Notes: a model not told the origin generated them from the letters alone. Counted from the first letter of the stretch, positions 1 through 17,054 are shown. The stretch is 64,000 bases of DNA from the human T2T-CHM13v2.0 reference genome, Homo sapiens (GCF_009914755.1 NC_060930.1), one strand, 5' to 3'. Numbers and translations are program-made.

Positions 1-375
1 ATATTTAGTAAGAGGGTAGAACTTAGGATAAGTGTTCTTACCACAAAAAATAAAAATAATAATAAAGAGACAGCAGGAAACTTTGGGAGGTAATGAACAT
101 GTTTAAAATCAATTGATTATATGTGTGTAGGTCTCATTTCTTAAAGAGATTGCTTTACTTAATAATTTTATTAACAAGGTGTTAATATTTTATGCACAGA
201 AATCCTGTCAGACAGATGTAACAAACTTCCTTTTCTAGCTTATGGCTCATGTTTTCCCTCTGTATACCTCTGAAACTTCCAGGCCTTTTCTGTGAATTGA
301 GTAGATAGATTTTTCTTTTCTTTTTCTTTTTTTTTTTTTTTTTCCTGAAGTGTAATTTATAGAAATCAACTTTAC

Positions 376-667
<292 letters not shown>

Positions 668-954
668 AGAAATAAACTTTACCTTTTTAAAGTTTAGTTT
701 GATGTCTTTTTACAAATGCACACAGCCATGTGACCAGTACTACGATCCAGATACAGAACATTTTAATCATTCTAGAAAGTCCCCTGTGTCCTTTTGTAAA
801 GTACTCCCTTAATCTTGAGCCCCTGATGACAACTGATCTGGTTTTTGTTCCAGTAATTTGGCCTTTTCTAAAATGTCATACAGTATGCTGTCTTTTGTGT
901 CTTGCTTTTGAGGTTCTTTTATGTTGTTGCCTGTATCTTTATATTGCTGAATAG

Positions 955-1458
<504 letters not shown>

Positions 1459-1583
1459 CAGCGACGCTCTTATACAAACATATTTGCATTACTAGCCCAG
1501 GCACCTTCATTCCTAAGTCTCTTTACCTGAGGCCTTGGGCAAAGATCTTCTTGTCAAAGCCTCCCTAAGAAGGGGAAACCTTG

Positions 1584-1986
<403 letters not shown>

Positions 1987-4269
1987 TCATTCACTGTACT
2001 CAACCCGAGTCCATAAAACCACAGGGTTCCTTCAGCAATGAGATGACCCCACGTCTGTACTTATCTGCCTAATCCTCAATCAGTGCACAGTTCCTTGGGG
2101 GACATCGAACAGGAAGTCGGTGCCTTCTCCCCTTTTAGCCTCTTGCTTATCCCATCACAGCGATTTAAGACTTAACTCTTTCATTTTTGGCTTGTTTTAA
2201 TTGGCTACTCCAACACCTAACAGCTCATCTCTCTCCCAGCTCAGCTGAGCCCTTGACAACAGCTAATAGAGTCAAAGCTGGAGTTCAAATCCAGGTAGTC
2301 TAGCCCCTCAGTCTGTGCTCCTAGCCATAGCGCTATATTGCCCTCTTTTGTGTTAGACTATTGCAGTCTGAGAAACTGAAGGTGGGTGGCTTGGACAAGG
2401 GTAATAAAAGTTGGCTAATTTAAAATATATACTAGACAGGTAAGTTCAACAAGACTTGGTGATGGGTTGGATACACTAGATGAGAGGAAGAGAAGATGTC
2501 ATCATCTCAGGTTTTGGCTGGAGCAATTAAGTGGTACCCATTTGCTGAGACAGGAAAGACTGGGATGGGGTGACAGATGGCAGCTGACCACAGGGAAACA
2601 AGAGCTCCTCTCTGGACACATTTAAAGTTTGAGATTCCTAAAAAAACATCCAAGTGAAGATGTAAAGTAGGCCACTGTATATAGAATCTTGGAATTCGAA
2701 TACCAATTTATTTTTTCTCTATTCCTAGATACTAGGAAAACAGAAATATTATATAAAGGAACACTGTACACATACCATTTTAATTAATTCTCCCCACTCC
2801 TACAATAAGCTTCTTTCAAGAAGCCAATCTTCTGAGAAAAATGTAGAGCCATCTCCAAATATGATTGCTATATGAACACATAACAGTCTCCAAATCATGA
2901 AAACCACCAGGATATCAAATTCTCAAGGAATGCCCAGAAGCTGGAACTGAGCAAGCTAATAATTCACCAATGAAAAATTTGAGAACAATTTAATGAATGA
3001 CTGCCACGCATTAGCCTTATTTTACTATGGTTAGCATTTTTTATCCTTTTCAGTTATTTGCTCAATCAACAGGTTGGTCAACTTACTTGTCTCTAAATCT
3101 AGAGAATAATGTAGCAATTCACTTAAGCCAGATACCTGAAGCTGCACTGGACACAGAGTTTACATCAAGCCGCCGCGCCAATGTTTCTGTAGCTGGTTTT
3201 TTACACCTAAACATATGCTATACTGCACAGTTTTTAAAACTGTTTCAAATATACTTTTCACCTACCCAGGTGAATTTTATTTCCTTTAAGGGTAAATACT
3301 GGGTCACAGTCCCTAAACCACGGTTAAGTACATGGGAGGCAGTCAATGGAATTTGTTGATTTGAAAAGTTTTCTGCACTAACTATATATCCAGCACCCAC
3401 TCAGGACCACTTTCCTCCATTTCAGTCAAACAGACTCGATTCACTCACACAAGTACTACATATAGTAATAGTCATTAGATTCTCAGTTTATAGTTCAATG
3501 GTTTTGCAACATTAGATGCACAATATATTTTGAAGCACCAAGTATGCTTGAAATTAAACATTTTTATAAAGATAATAAAAGTTAATGACTACCCATGATC
3601 TATGATCTGACAATACATCTGTTCTTTCTAATTTTGAGATGATAAAATACCCACACTAGCTTGTTGTGGCACAGTGAGAGAGAAGAAATACAGTCCTATT
3701 AATCACTCTTAAGTATCAGCTTATTAAGTTATAGTTTCTCAACAGGCTTGTCATACATGACTATTAATAGGCTGCAGGTGTTTCTCTAAAAGTATTTTTA
3801 TAATGCAGTTATGTCATAAAAAGACAGCATGGAATAACAGAAACCCTAGTGGACTAAGAATCAGAAAGTCTAAGTTTTAAATTCTCATTTGGTTAACAAG
3901 TATCCCAGAAACCTTGCACAAGTCACCACCTCTCTGGGTCTCCAATTTTCTCACCTGTAAAGTGAAGGGACTAATTATAAATTGAAGAAATAAGTATGTG
4001 CCAATTTACACCAGACCAGTAGGCAGGTTACAATAACTCAGTACCTAAGACTTTTACCAAGGACATTCTAACAGAAATCTGCTCACATTAAAATAGCTTA
4101 AAACAAACAATAACATTGGAATTTCTGTTGCTATTGTTAACCTTAAAAGTGAATTTTGTTGTCTAAGAACTGTGGAAGTGCAGGAGAACAGAGAAACATG
4201 TTTCACATGAAAAAATCTTGACTGCTGATACACACTGATGTACCTTAAATTGTGGTAAAAATAACCAAA

Positions 4270-4410
4270 TTTTTATATTTTTTTTATTTTACAGAGACAG
4301 GGGTCTCACTATGTTGCCCAGGCTGCTCTTGAACTCCTGGCCTTCAGCAATCCTCCTGCCTTGGTTTCCCAAAATGCCAGGATTACAGGCGTGAGCCACT
4401 GTATCTGGCC
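4270..4410 (-). mobile_element. Alu monomer (FLAM-like)
   Basis: Single arm with T-rich tail. Confidence 0.8.
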
Positions 4411-5069
4411 TCAAAATTTCATTATTAGCTAAGCACCTATTCATAAAGACAACTATTACACACTCTGCAATTGACAAAAGGGTTGCACTCCAAAAGCTTG
4501 TAAGTCTAAGTTTTGGAAACGTTATAAATGAAGGCTAAGTTCCTAGTTCAGCTCACAAGAGCATAAATGATCCTTGACATAGCTGAACTATACAATATAT
4601 TATAATAGCAAGTGCTCAAGTGCTGAGTCCTGTGAATGGGGCTTGTGTCATAAAGATAAGTTTCCTCCCCTGTTCTTGGGTAGGAGACTGGAGGTTGGCA
4701 ATGATTAAAATAATTTACTTTCATCACACAGCTTTGGCTCCCTTTATAACTTTTTACACTCTGGTAGGGCACTTAGCCCTAACTGTGCTGCTGTCCTACC
4801 TACCAAAGGGTTCCTCCTTCCAACACCCCTTTCTTGAGCCTTCAAGTAGTAATTCTATGACCACAGAGCAATTGATGGACATTTCAACAAATAACCCAGA
4901 CAATATTATCCCTCCTAGACTATAAGCAGTTTTTAAGAGGCTACCTGTTATTTATAAAAGCAACAATATTAGAAATCTAAATGTTAATTTTAGAGACATG
5001 GTCAAGTAAATTATGATGAATCCATACAACAAAACATTATGCCACCATTCCACAAAATGTTTACAAACA

Positions 5070-5190
5070 AGCCAGGCACAATAGCATGCAGCTGCAGTCC
5101 CAGCCACTAGGAAGGCTGATGTGGGGGGATCGCTTGAGTCCAGGAGTTCGAGTCCAGCCTGGGCAACATATACAGAGAGACCTCCATCTC
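5070..5190 (+). mobile_element. Alu monomer (FLAM/FRAM-like)
   Basis: Single diverged arm. Confidence 0.75.
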
Positions 5191-6437
5191 TAGATAACGC
5201 ACTTTTTTTAATTAAAAAAGTTTTAATGACATGAAAAATGTTTAAAACAAAATGCTAAGTAAATAAAGAAGATACTACGTGCTATATTCTTTATGAACTC
5301 AACTGTGTAAAAAATGAATTGCTATAGAAGAAAATATAACACAATTGTTGGGTAGTAGAATTATAATTTATTGCTTTTTACCAGTTCGTACGCTAATCTA
5401 TGCTTTGCAGATGTTCCCATATTAAGTACCCCTTTTGTTATTTAAAAAAGTTAAGGGAGAGAAATGTTCATAAATCTCTAATTGGTAGAATTAGAGAGAG
5501 CTAAAAACAGTGCTAATTATCAGGCAACGTGGAAACAACTTTGTGGGCAAGAGAGCATTCCTTTTTTTTTTTTTTAACTGTTTACAAAGAGTTCAATTAA
5601 ACTTGTTTTAAATTAAACACACTAAACAAAATTATAAGTTTTGTGATTATGAAAATACTGTTTATCACTACATAAAATACTGTTTATGGCACTTTATAGA
5701 TTCAAAAAACCTATTAATGATACTTCTTTTCTGGATTAAAGATAGTGGATGTTTATATATATGTATGTGTATATACATACACACACACATATATATGTAA
5801 ATGTATCATACAGAAAATAACATAGGCATATGATTTGGAGAAACAGGGAAAAAAAAGTTACAAAGTGGGAGAAGTCCATCCCACTATACAACTCATTCCC
5901 AGATATAGCAATAGTCTCTTATTCACCTCCTCAGAAATTTTTGTTGCATGTAATCCCATATATATTCTATTTCACATTAGTCATTCTTCTATACACTTTA
6001 TTTCACTAACACCTTAGAAACATTTACATATCAGTATGTATTGATACATTTCATTCTTTATACATACCAATTAGTATTCTATTCTAGGGTTGTAACACAT
6101 TATTAGTCAGCCCCCTACTGATAGACACTGAAGTTATTCTGTTTTCCTCTATCACGAACAAGGCTTCAGTGAATATCACTGGACAAATATCCTTATATAC
6201 ATGAACAAGTGGATGCCTAAGATATAAATTCTTAGAATTTTTGTGTCAAAGACTATGCGTACATTGAAAAAATCTGGTGGTGCTACCAAATTGCCTTCCA
6301 AAGAATCTGTACCAATTTACAATCTAAGGGAACATTTCTGATCAACATAGATTCTTTAAAGCAGACTCCAATGCTTTCAATGGCCAGGAAGATAACATAG
6401 AGTAGTGAAGCATGCTGGGCTAAGAAAATGGCGAACT

Positions 6438-6775
6438 GGTCTGGTGTGGTGACATAATTCCAGCACTTTGGGGAGGCTGAGGCGGGTGGATCACTTGAGG
6501 TCCCTAGGGGTTCAAGACCAGCCTGACCAACAAGATGAAACCCCGTCTTTATTAAAAATACAAAAATTGGTCGGGTGTGATGGTGCATGCCTAAAATCCC
6601 AGCTACTCGGGAGGCTGAGGAGCAGAATCACTTGAACCCAGGAGGTGGAGGTTGCAGTGAGCCGAGATCATGCCACTGCACTCCAGCCTGGGCAACAGAG
6701 TTAAAAAAAAAAAAAAAAAAAAAAAAGAGGGTAGAAAAAAGAGGGGGGAGGGAGGGGGGAGAGAGAGAGAGGAGG
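6438..6775 (+). mobile_element. AluS with A then GA-rich tail
   Basis: TSD AAATGGC(G/A)AACT. Confidence 0.88.
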
Positions 6776-7605
6776 AAATGGCAAACTGGAGAGGGCATTT
6801 AGTTATTCAAAGCAGCAGCATTTACTCAATTCCATAATGCTTTGCAGGAATATGCACCCATGCACCCAATATTGTCAGATTGTCTCACTGCTCAAAAGGA
6901 CCCAAAACTCCTGACTTCCGCATGAAATCTTCAGGTTTTGTAAAATCTTGGTAACTCATTCAAAATTTTAGAAACAGTATGACAAACAAAACATGTGAGT
7001 AGGAATCATCTCCTGGGCCTCCAACTTGTGAGCTATCCTTTAAAGCTTGCGTTTCCCAATACCCAAAAGACTGCCTGAATAGTAGAGGCTGTGTTCAGCA
7101 GATTATTTCCAAGCTGGGATTTCCTTCTATTACATTTTGTTTTGGGGTTAACTTGAAAATGGATTTTATTAACTACGTGGTTAATAACTATCTCCTCAAA
7201 CTATTTGGATAACTTAATCTACTCTGCTCAGATAGTTTCATTAATCAGTTTCCTATAATACATTCCCTTGCTTTATATTCGAGTGTTTTATTTCTGTTTT
7301 CTTCCTTATATGAAACTACCATGTTTTAAGAATTGAGTCATTTTCCTATTAATATAATCTTTTTCCCAAAGGAGAAAATCTAACCATTTTTCTATACTAC
7401 CTTGCATTCAACATATCCATCTACATACAGAAGAAATTGTGGGAATGGAGTAAATTAGAAAGATGCTACCTCTAAATAGTATTTTTAATCTTTGTAAAAT
7501 CTCTTTATATTAACTACACTCTTATTTTAAAAATGTGAAAAAATAAATCCTAAAATAAGCAGATCTATATTTTAAAATATTCAAATTGATGGTTAAAATA
7601 CTATT

Positions 7606-8104
7606 TTATATATATGCATATGGGTGTGTGTATATATATGTATATGGGTATATATATGTATATGGGTATATAGATACACATACATGTATACGAATATATA
7701 TACACATATATATGTATACGAATATATACACATACATGTATACGAATATATATACACATATATGTATACGAATATATATACATATATGTATACGAATATA
7801 TATACACATATATGTATACGAATATATATACACATGTATATGTATACGAATATATACACATGTATATGTATACGAATATATATACACACACATGTATATG
7901 AATACACACACATGTATATGAATACACACATATATGAATACACACACATATGTATATGAATACACACACACATATGTATATGAATATATACACACGTATG
8001 TATATGAATATATACACACATATATATGTATATGAATATATACACACATATATGTATATGAATATGTACACACATATATATGTATATGAATATATACATA
8101 TATA
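7606..8104. repeat. ~500-bp TA/CA-rich tandem repeat, ~24-30-bp unit (TATACGAATATATATACACATATATG-like)
   Basis: Directly visible; abuts the tail of the Alu at 8105. Confidence 0.95.
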
Positions 8105-8369
8105 TTTTTTTTTTGAGACAAAGTCTCACAGGCTGGAGTGCAGTCACATGATCATGTCTCATTACAGCCTCGATCTCCTGGGCTCAAGCGATCTCGCACC
8201 TAGCCTTCCAACCACAGGCACATGCCACCATGCCCAGCTTATTTTTATTTTTTTGTAGAGATGGGGTCTGCCTATGCTGTCTAGGCTGGTCTTGACTTCT
8301 GGTCTTAAGCAATTCTCCCACCTCAGCCTCTCGAAATGCTGAGATTACAGACATAAGCCACCACACTCA
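8105..8369 (-). mobile_element. AluJ-like
   Basis: Diverged dimer. Confidence 0.85.
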
Positions 8370-9934
8370 GTTATTTAATATTTTATTATCTATCTCTTTT
8401 ACATAACTACTTGCAAAAAAAACTAATATGACAAAGCCAATGTATTATATGGTTATAAACAGAAACATATCTGTAAACATTAGTATTATAAGCAGTGTAA
8501 TATTAAAGGTGGTTATCTATTTGAAAACTCAGAAGGCAGTGACTTCTACAATTAAATTTCAAAAAATCAAAACATAAAACATTATTAGCTTCAGTTACTA
8601 TAAATAAAGCATCCGAATCTTAATTTTAGAGCTAATGGTAACTTTTAAATAATTCCTAAATTTCATGTAATCTGTTAAGATATATTTTGTTAACATTTAG
8701 AAAAGACAAGAGAATAAGAGAATCAAAACCAACGAATTAAAGGAGCTTTATAATTTAGCAAAACTTTCAACTTACATGTCTCTCAAACATTACTGGCAAA
8801 CACAATGACTGCTTATGAGAAAATCTGCATATGTCATTCTACAAACAGTAATGTCATTAATATTCTATTTTTAGTTTCCAAGGGAAGATCCTAAACATAA
8901 CAAATCCTTCCGTTAGCATTTCTTCGTGTATGCATGTTCCTACTTCCTGTTCAAACATATGCTGTAACTATTCAAGTACGTCTTTTCAAAATAAAACTGA
9001 TTAACCACCCAAAAATTCAAAAACCCACCAACATCCAAGTGATATTAGGCACATATCACTTGAACTTGACATTTTAATGATGAAAAGCAAATTTAAGAAG
9101 CAAAAAAATTAACATATTTAAATTATAATTTGCACATCAGATTACTTTTTCAGATGTGTCAGAGCTCACAGATAAAAGTAATGAAAAGAAACGTGGTAAA
9201 ATACATTTTAATTTTACCTTCATTATAAATTAAAATGAGGCGTAAGAAAAACATTGAGACCATAATATATACATATGGAAAACTGGCCACTGAAAGATGC
9301 AAATAATTCATACAATATAGCGTAAGCTTTCATATATAAATTATATGTCATTTCATCAACTGTTAGTATCATCAGTCTAAATTTTACAATATATATTAAA
9401 ATATTAAAATGCTAAAAAAATCATTGCAATATAGAATACACTGTGGCAAAATACGTATTTGTGGCTTTATAGACAATCTAAATCCATTCTATACAATAGT
9501 TTTCTAAAATATAAATGGCAGTTTACATGCAAAAGAACACACCAGCTGGATGACCTCATATAATATATCAGAAATTAGGAGAAAACACCCTTTTAACAAG
9601 ACAGTTACATAGCAGAGGTGGAATGTAGAATCAGATTTTGCCTTAATACAATCTTGGATAAAATTAATTATGAAAAAGGACAGTCTCTATTACTTTCAGT
9701 TAGCATTTTAAAAAATAAAATCTACTGTGATTTTATATTTTCTAATTGTATCACAAACAGAGAAAACATAAAAGGGAAAAGAGAGAAACAGAAAACCTGA
9801 TGATCCTTTATAAATTGGAAGCATCAGCCCTGCCTATGGGTTGCATTTAGGCTGCTTTTTTGTTGACATTTTCCCAAATTACTTCTGCCATTCTGAATTG
9901 TGCATCAGTAGTCAGAGGAGTTTTCCAGACTTCA
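8365..9934 (-). other. HACE1: HACE1 3'UTR (~1.57 kb, AT-rich, no recognisable repeats)
   Basis: Lies between the stop codon and the AATAAA at 8382-8387; exact cleavage site inferred. Confidence 0.75.
8382..8387 (-). terminator. Polyadenylation signal AATAAA of HACE1
   Basis: tttatt on + at the end of the repeat-free stretch that follows the stop codon. Confidence 0.7.
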
Positions 9935-10039
<105 letters not shown>

Positions 10040-10520
10040 TTAAAAGAAAAATATACCACCATTAAACAGGAAATCTATAAAATTTCTGATTGTTTTGCCT
10101 AGCAGTGAAAACACTACTCATAATTAACATAAAATCATCCTCCCAAATTTGCATTCAGATTGAAAAACCCTAAAGTGGTATTTAAAAAGAAGAAAAAATC
10201 TGCTGCATTGCAGTTTCTTTCAGCATGCAAATGCAGTGGAAGAAAATACGTTCCTTTCAGCTTAAAATAAATAAGCAATAGGGCAATTTAGTTTGAAGTG
10301 ATGGTGTGTAACTCAGTGCTACTTACGGTAGTGTAACTTTAGTGATACTTGAACTATAGTCAATTAAATTGTAGGGAGTTAGGGCTTCCTCAAACATTTT
10401 CCCTACCAAAAACAGGGGCACAAAAAACTACATAATTACTCATCAGTGATTCCAAAATCCTGGAGAGAGATCACAGCTGAGGTTTTCCTCCCAATGCAGC
10501 AACAGTTAGATCTCTGATCA

Positions 10521-10697
<177 letters not shown>

Positions 10698-11664
10698 TTA
10701 TATCTTAATACATTGTAATCATGAAAGAAAGATATTTGTGACAGATAAATTTCAAGTTCTAAGTTAGGGTAGGAATATATCCAACTCTAGGACAATGACA
10801 ACACGACACTTTTTAGTCTACAAAACTCCAATTCATTACTGTAAGTTGCTTTGTGATTAGTTAGCAAGCTTCCATGGAGACACCCCTCCACATTTCCATA
10901 AGCTATACTATGCTTGCAACTGGCCACAGCACATACCTCAATATTGCATTTAGTATGCTACATTTACAATTATTTGCTTTCATGTGGCTCTCTATTGAAG
11001 TGGGGCTGATTTGAGGGCCCAAACAAGTCATATTTACATCTATATCCCTGGGGCTAGCAAAATGCCTGGAGTAGACATTCATTAAATGTTTGTTGAAAAG
11101 ATTAATATTCGATTGACTAATTCAAGCAATAAATGCTCTGACATGTAATCCAAATGATTTCCTTGTTTGTGAAAAATATCTAGGCCCTAAAGATTTGTTT
11201 TGTTTTTTATAGTGGAAAAACTGAAAAATTCTTTATGTTCCTCTTTGATTTGATATTCAGAATATCAAATATATTTTTCAAACATCATCTAACATAATGA
11301 GGCCACAGGAAGGCTAACATATAATGCATAACACATCAGTAGAAAATTTAATCTTGGGTACATGGCTGTAGAGGATGTAATTACAACTTCTCAAGTTCTA
11401 TACACATCAAAAAGAAAATTAATATTTCTTCTAAAGTTTGCCCGTGTATCATATCATGATTAAACTGATACAAAAAAAAAATTCTATTGCTTTTAAAATG
11501 AGGTGCTGTAGTGCTTTTTGGATAAATTAGAAAAATGACAAAGGAACGTTTAATGTATAGGTTACTAAATACATACTTGCAAACATCTGAATAAAATTTA
11601 AAATACTTTCTTAAAAATATGATTTATAACATAAAGCATAGTTTAGGTCACTGAAAAAAAAAGT

Positions 11665-12985
11665 TGAACCTCAAATAGCCTAAACAGTCTAGAAAAAAAA
11701 GAACAAAGGTGGCAGACTCACATATCCTGATTTGAAAACTTATTACAAAGCTGTGGTAATCAAAACAGTGTGATACTGCCAAGAAAAGAGACATATGAAC
11801 CAGTAGAACAGAATAGAGGCCAGAAATAACCCCTCACATACATAATGAAATGATTTTCAACTAGAGTGCCAACAACATTCAAAGGGGAAAAGACAGTCTT
11901 TTCAACGAAGTGTGTTGGGAAAACCGGATATTCACTACAACGAAAATGAAGTTGGACCCTTACTTTACACTAAGTTACTTAAAAACTAACTCAAAATGGA
12001 TTGAAGACCTAAATGTAAGAGCTGATACTATAAAACTCTTAGAAGAAAATATAAGGGAAAAGTTTCATAATACTGGATTTGGCAACGATTTATTGAATAT
12101 GACACCAAATTGATATCCAGAACATACAAAGAATTCCCATAGAAAAAAAAAAAAAAATCCCGATTAAAAATGGGCAAACAATTGAAAAAGACATTTCTCC
12201 AAAAAAAAGATAAACAAATGCCCAATAAGCACATGAAAAGATGCTCAGCATCACCATTTACTAGGGAAATGCCAATCAAAACCACTTCACACTCATTAAG
12301 ATGACTATCGGCAAAAAATCAAAAAAACAAAAGACAGAAAATTACAAGTATTGGCAAGGATGTGGAGAAATTGCTGCTGGGAATGTAAAATGATGCAGCC
12401 TCTGTGGAAAACAGTATGCAAGTTCCTCAACAAAATTAACAGAATTACAATACAGAATTATCATATGATCAGGCAATTCCACTTCTGGGTATATATCCAA
12501 AAGAACTGAAAGCACGGACTCAAAGAAGTATCTGCGCATACAGTAGCATTATTCACAATAGCCAAATGGTAGAAGCAACCCAAGTGTCCATCAACAGATG
12601 GCTGGATTATTATTTAGCCAAGGGAGTATTATTTAGCCTTAAAAAGGAAGCAAATTTTGATATGTGCTACAAAATGGATGAATCTAGAAGACCTTATGCT
12701 AAGTGAAATAAAGCAATCACAAAAGGACAAATATTGTATGATTCCATGTATACGAAGTTCTTAGAGTAGTCAAATTCGTAGACATAAAATTGGTGGTTGT
12801 TAGAGGCGGGTGGGAAAGGAGGAGGGGGAGTTAGTGTTTAAAGTACAGTTTCAGTTGGGAAAGATGAAAAAATTCAGAAGATGGATGGTGGTGATAGTCA
12901 CACATTAATGTGAATGCACTTAATGCCACAAAAGTGTACACTTAAAAATTGTTTAAATGATACATTTTATGATATGCATTTACAC
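11665..12985 (+). mobile_element. L1MB-like 3' fragment (ORF2 end and 3'UTR)
   Basis: KLDPY...KTNSKWIEDLNVR remnant; L1M-type 3'UTR. Confidence 0.8.
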
Positions 12986-13847
12986 ACACACACACAAATG
13001 GTTGAAAATATGCACCAGGATTGTCTATTTGAAATCACTGATATTTATACATCCACAGGGAAAAAAACATTTAACAATCCAATATGAAAGAATCCCTAAA
13101 AACAGCAATTTTCTCTTCTATCTGGGAAGTCGTCTGGTTTGGTTTACTGATGAAATTCTTGAGCTTACTTTAATAAACCAAGGCAATATTAAAAGTATGC
13201 CTGAATCTTGCTTATAAGACACTAATGCATAAACAATTCCTATTAACAGCAAGAGAATATATACAGAAGACCTGGCTATATCTCCTTGTAAGTTGAAATA
13301 AAATTCAACATTAGTTAATTTATAGATTTAACTTTTGCCTAAAAAATTAATAACGTGACCAAACATAAAAAGGGATAAAAATCAAGTCGTTCTGAATTTC
13401 CTATGATGTCGAATTTCAAATTAAATGTAACTATTTTATCAAGGCAAGATGAGAAAATAAATGTTGACATTGATTTTTATACAAATTATAGCACAGTATT
13501 TCAATATCAATATGATCAATCTAATGTCCTCCACACAAGTAAATTTTGAACGGTAAGTTAAAAATTCAGAAGATCCTCTAGTTTTAACATCTTAATTAAA
13601 ATTATTCTATAAGCTGATAAACCATTCCTGAAACCTTATTCTTTTCCTACACTATGAATAAATATGGCTGGCCCCATACTTATATAATCAGATCTGATCA
13701 TGTTAAGATCATAATTCATCAGGCATAAGTATATATGAGAAAAATAAATAAAACAGTCTTTGGTTGAATATTATGACACTTAGATTATACAGTATAAAAT
13801 TACAGTAAACAAAAATGGCATATTTCTATTTTATTTAAAAAGTAATT

Positions 13848-14148
13848 GGCCAGGCGCGGTGGCTCACGCCTGTAATCCCAGCACTTTGGGAGGTCGAGGC
13901 TGGTGGATCACTTGAGATCAGTAGGGACCAGACTGGCCAACATGGTGAAACCCCGTCTCTACTAAAAATACAAAAATTAGCCAGGCGAAGTGATGTGTGC
14001 ACCTGTAATTGGAGGCTAAGGAAGGAGAATCGCTTGAACCCAGAAGGTGGAAGTTGCAGTGAGCTGAGATCAACCACTGCACTCCAGCCTGGGCAATAGA
14101 GCAAGACTTCATCTCAAAAAAAAAAAAGAAAAGAGAAAAAAAAGAAAT
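13848..14148 (+). mobile_element. AluS (first of a tandem pair)
   Basis: Dimer plus A tail. Confidence 0.9.
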
Positions 14149-14149
14149 C

Positions 14150-14442
14150 AGCCGGACACAGTGATTCGCGCCTGTAATCCCAGCACTTTGGGAAGCCAAG
14201 GCAGGTGGATCACTTGAGGTCAGGAGATCGAGACCAGCCTGGCCAACATGGTGAAACTCCATCTTTACTAAAAATACAAAATTAGCTGGGCATGGTGGTA
14301 AGCGCCTGTAATCCCAGCGACTCGGGAGGGCTTAGGCAGGAGAATCACTTCAACCTGGGAGGCGGGGGTTGCAGTGAGCCGAGTGAGATCCAGCCTGAGA
14401 AACAGAGCAAGACTCTTCCTCAAAAAAAAAAAAAAAAAAAAA
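14150..14442 (+). mobile_element. AluS (second of a tandem pair)
   Basis: Dimer plus A tail. Confidence 0.9.
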
Positions 14443-15626
14443 GAAATCATCAAGTCTGATTCTTAAGGGATAATGAAACAGTAAAACATTTAAGATGGCC
14501 TTATAGAGCAACAAAATATTAATGTCAATACTATAAAAATATTTAAAAATCACTTTTTGTATTAATTCTTGGTTCAACAATTGGAACACGTTTGATTTTT
14601 CAGTAAGGTTGCGCTAAATTATACTACAGACCTGTAGAAAGATACTTCAGTATCTAAATATAAACTAATACAGAATACAGAATACAGAATCCAAAAATTA
14701 AAAAAGAAAAAAAATTTATACTTTTGGTTTTGAATGACAAGTACTATACCTATACTAATGACTGGGAGTTCGAGGTAAAATTTAAGATTTTAAAAAGCTT
14801 AAAACTTTCTCAGTTTGAACTCAAAATATAGAGCTCTAATTACACTCAATGTTGAAAGGTGAATTCTTCAATCCAAGGGTGAAGCTAGCTCCGTGTTGTT
14901 TCCCCTCAGCTTCCTTGGCTTCTACTCTTCACCCACATCTTTCACCTCCATTCAAGTGTGGATTTGCCACACTTCATAACTAAATAATAAATAGCACACC
15001 TCTTTTTCAGCATTGCTAAGAATGACTGTACTATTTAAAGTGGAGAAGTCTTGCATATTACTAATTCTAGTGTTTTACTCTATAGGAGCAGCCACCTAAG
15101 AGACAACTTAGTACTAAAAAACTTGAATAACTGATTTCTGCATCTTAAAGACTCATACTGACCAAATCATGGGGAAAATATAGTAATTCACTAGATGGTG
15201 TTGAAGTATAAACCATTTAGAAAAATATACTTGACAACATAAACCAAAATAAGGTCCGGATGGTTTAAAAATTGGAATGTAAAAACAGAAATTGTAAAAA
15301 CTTACATTAAAAAATTTATATAAACATATATATAAAATCTTAGGAGTAGGGAAGGATTTACAAAAACCACAAAGGAAAGCAATGATAATCAATTTGGCAA
15401 TACCGTAATTTAAAACTTTCAAGTTATAAATTTAAATTACATGGAAATCTCTATATTTAACTTTGATACACCAAGAAAACTATTTGCAGAGTTAATACCC
15501 CTAATATATAAACAACACTTAAAACTGAATTTTTAAAAATGATTGTGGAATACCAAATAATAAAGATAGGTAATTCATACCACACACAAAAAACTATATA
15601 AAATAAATTATATGAAAGTAAAAATG

Positions 15627-15933
<307 letters not shown>

Positions 15934-16454
15934 CTATACCCTGTGCTGATAAAAGGAGTACATTCTCTCATTCTCTACTGACATCAATACCCTTCTAGAA
16001 GATAAATGAATATATATCAAGATTATAAAAATTTATATATTCTCATACACAAAAATATCCTAAGAATTTATCCTCTATAATCAGACTGTCCCACAAGGAT
16101 AGAAGCACAAAATATTCCTTATTCATAAATAGGAAAATTTAGCAATAAAGAATCAATTAAAGGAAGTCCCTAAAAATAAAACTAGATAGCCATTAAAAAT
16201 TACATAGATCTATAAATTTAGTAACATATTGCTAAATTCAAAAAGTTATAAAATAACAATAGTTTTAAAAGTAAAAATTGTATATGTGTTAAAAATTCTA
16301 GAAGAATAACAAAAATGTTATCAGTGATTATTTTTAGGAATACAGATTGGAAGTGGTTTTTTTCCTCCTATCTGAATTGTCAAATTATCAACTTTCTTAC
16401 ATAAAAAATATAATTATTTTTTCATCCTTTTTATTAAGTTATTCAAGCCTCTGA

Positions 16455-17054
<600 letters not shown>

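Noticed and set aside
5652-5687. 14-bp direct repeat AAAATACTGTTTAT
   Set aside because: Simple local duplication in AT-rich DNA; no further structure
7586-8258. Six overlapping Y/I/H/M-rich ORFs (102-189 aa)
   Set aside because: Artefact of the stop-poor TA/CA tandem repeat; also not a CRISPR array, as there are no unique spacers
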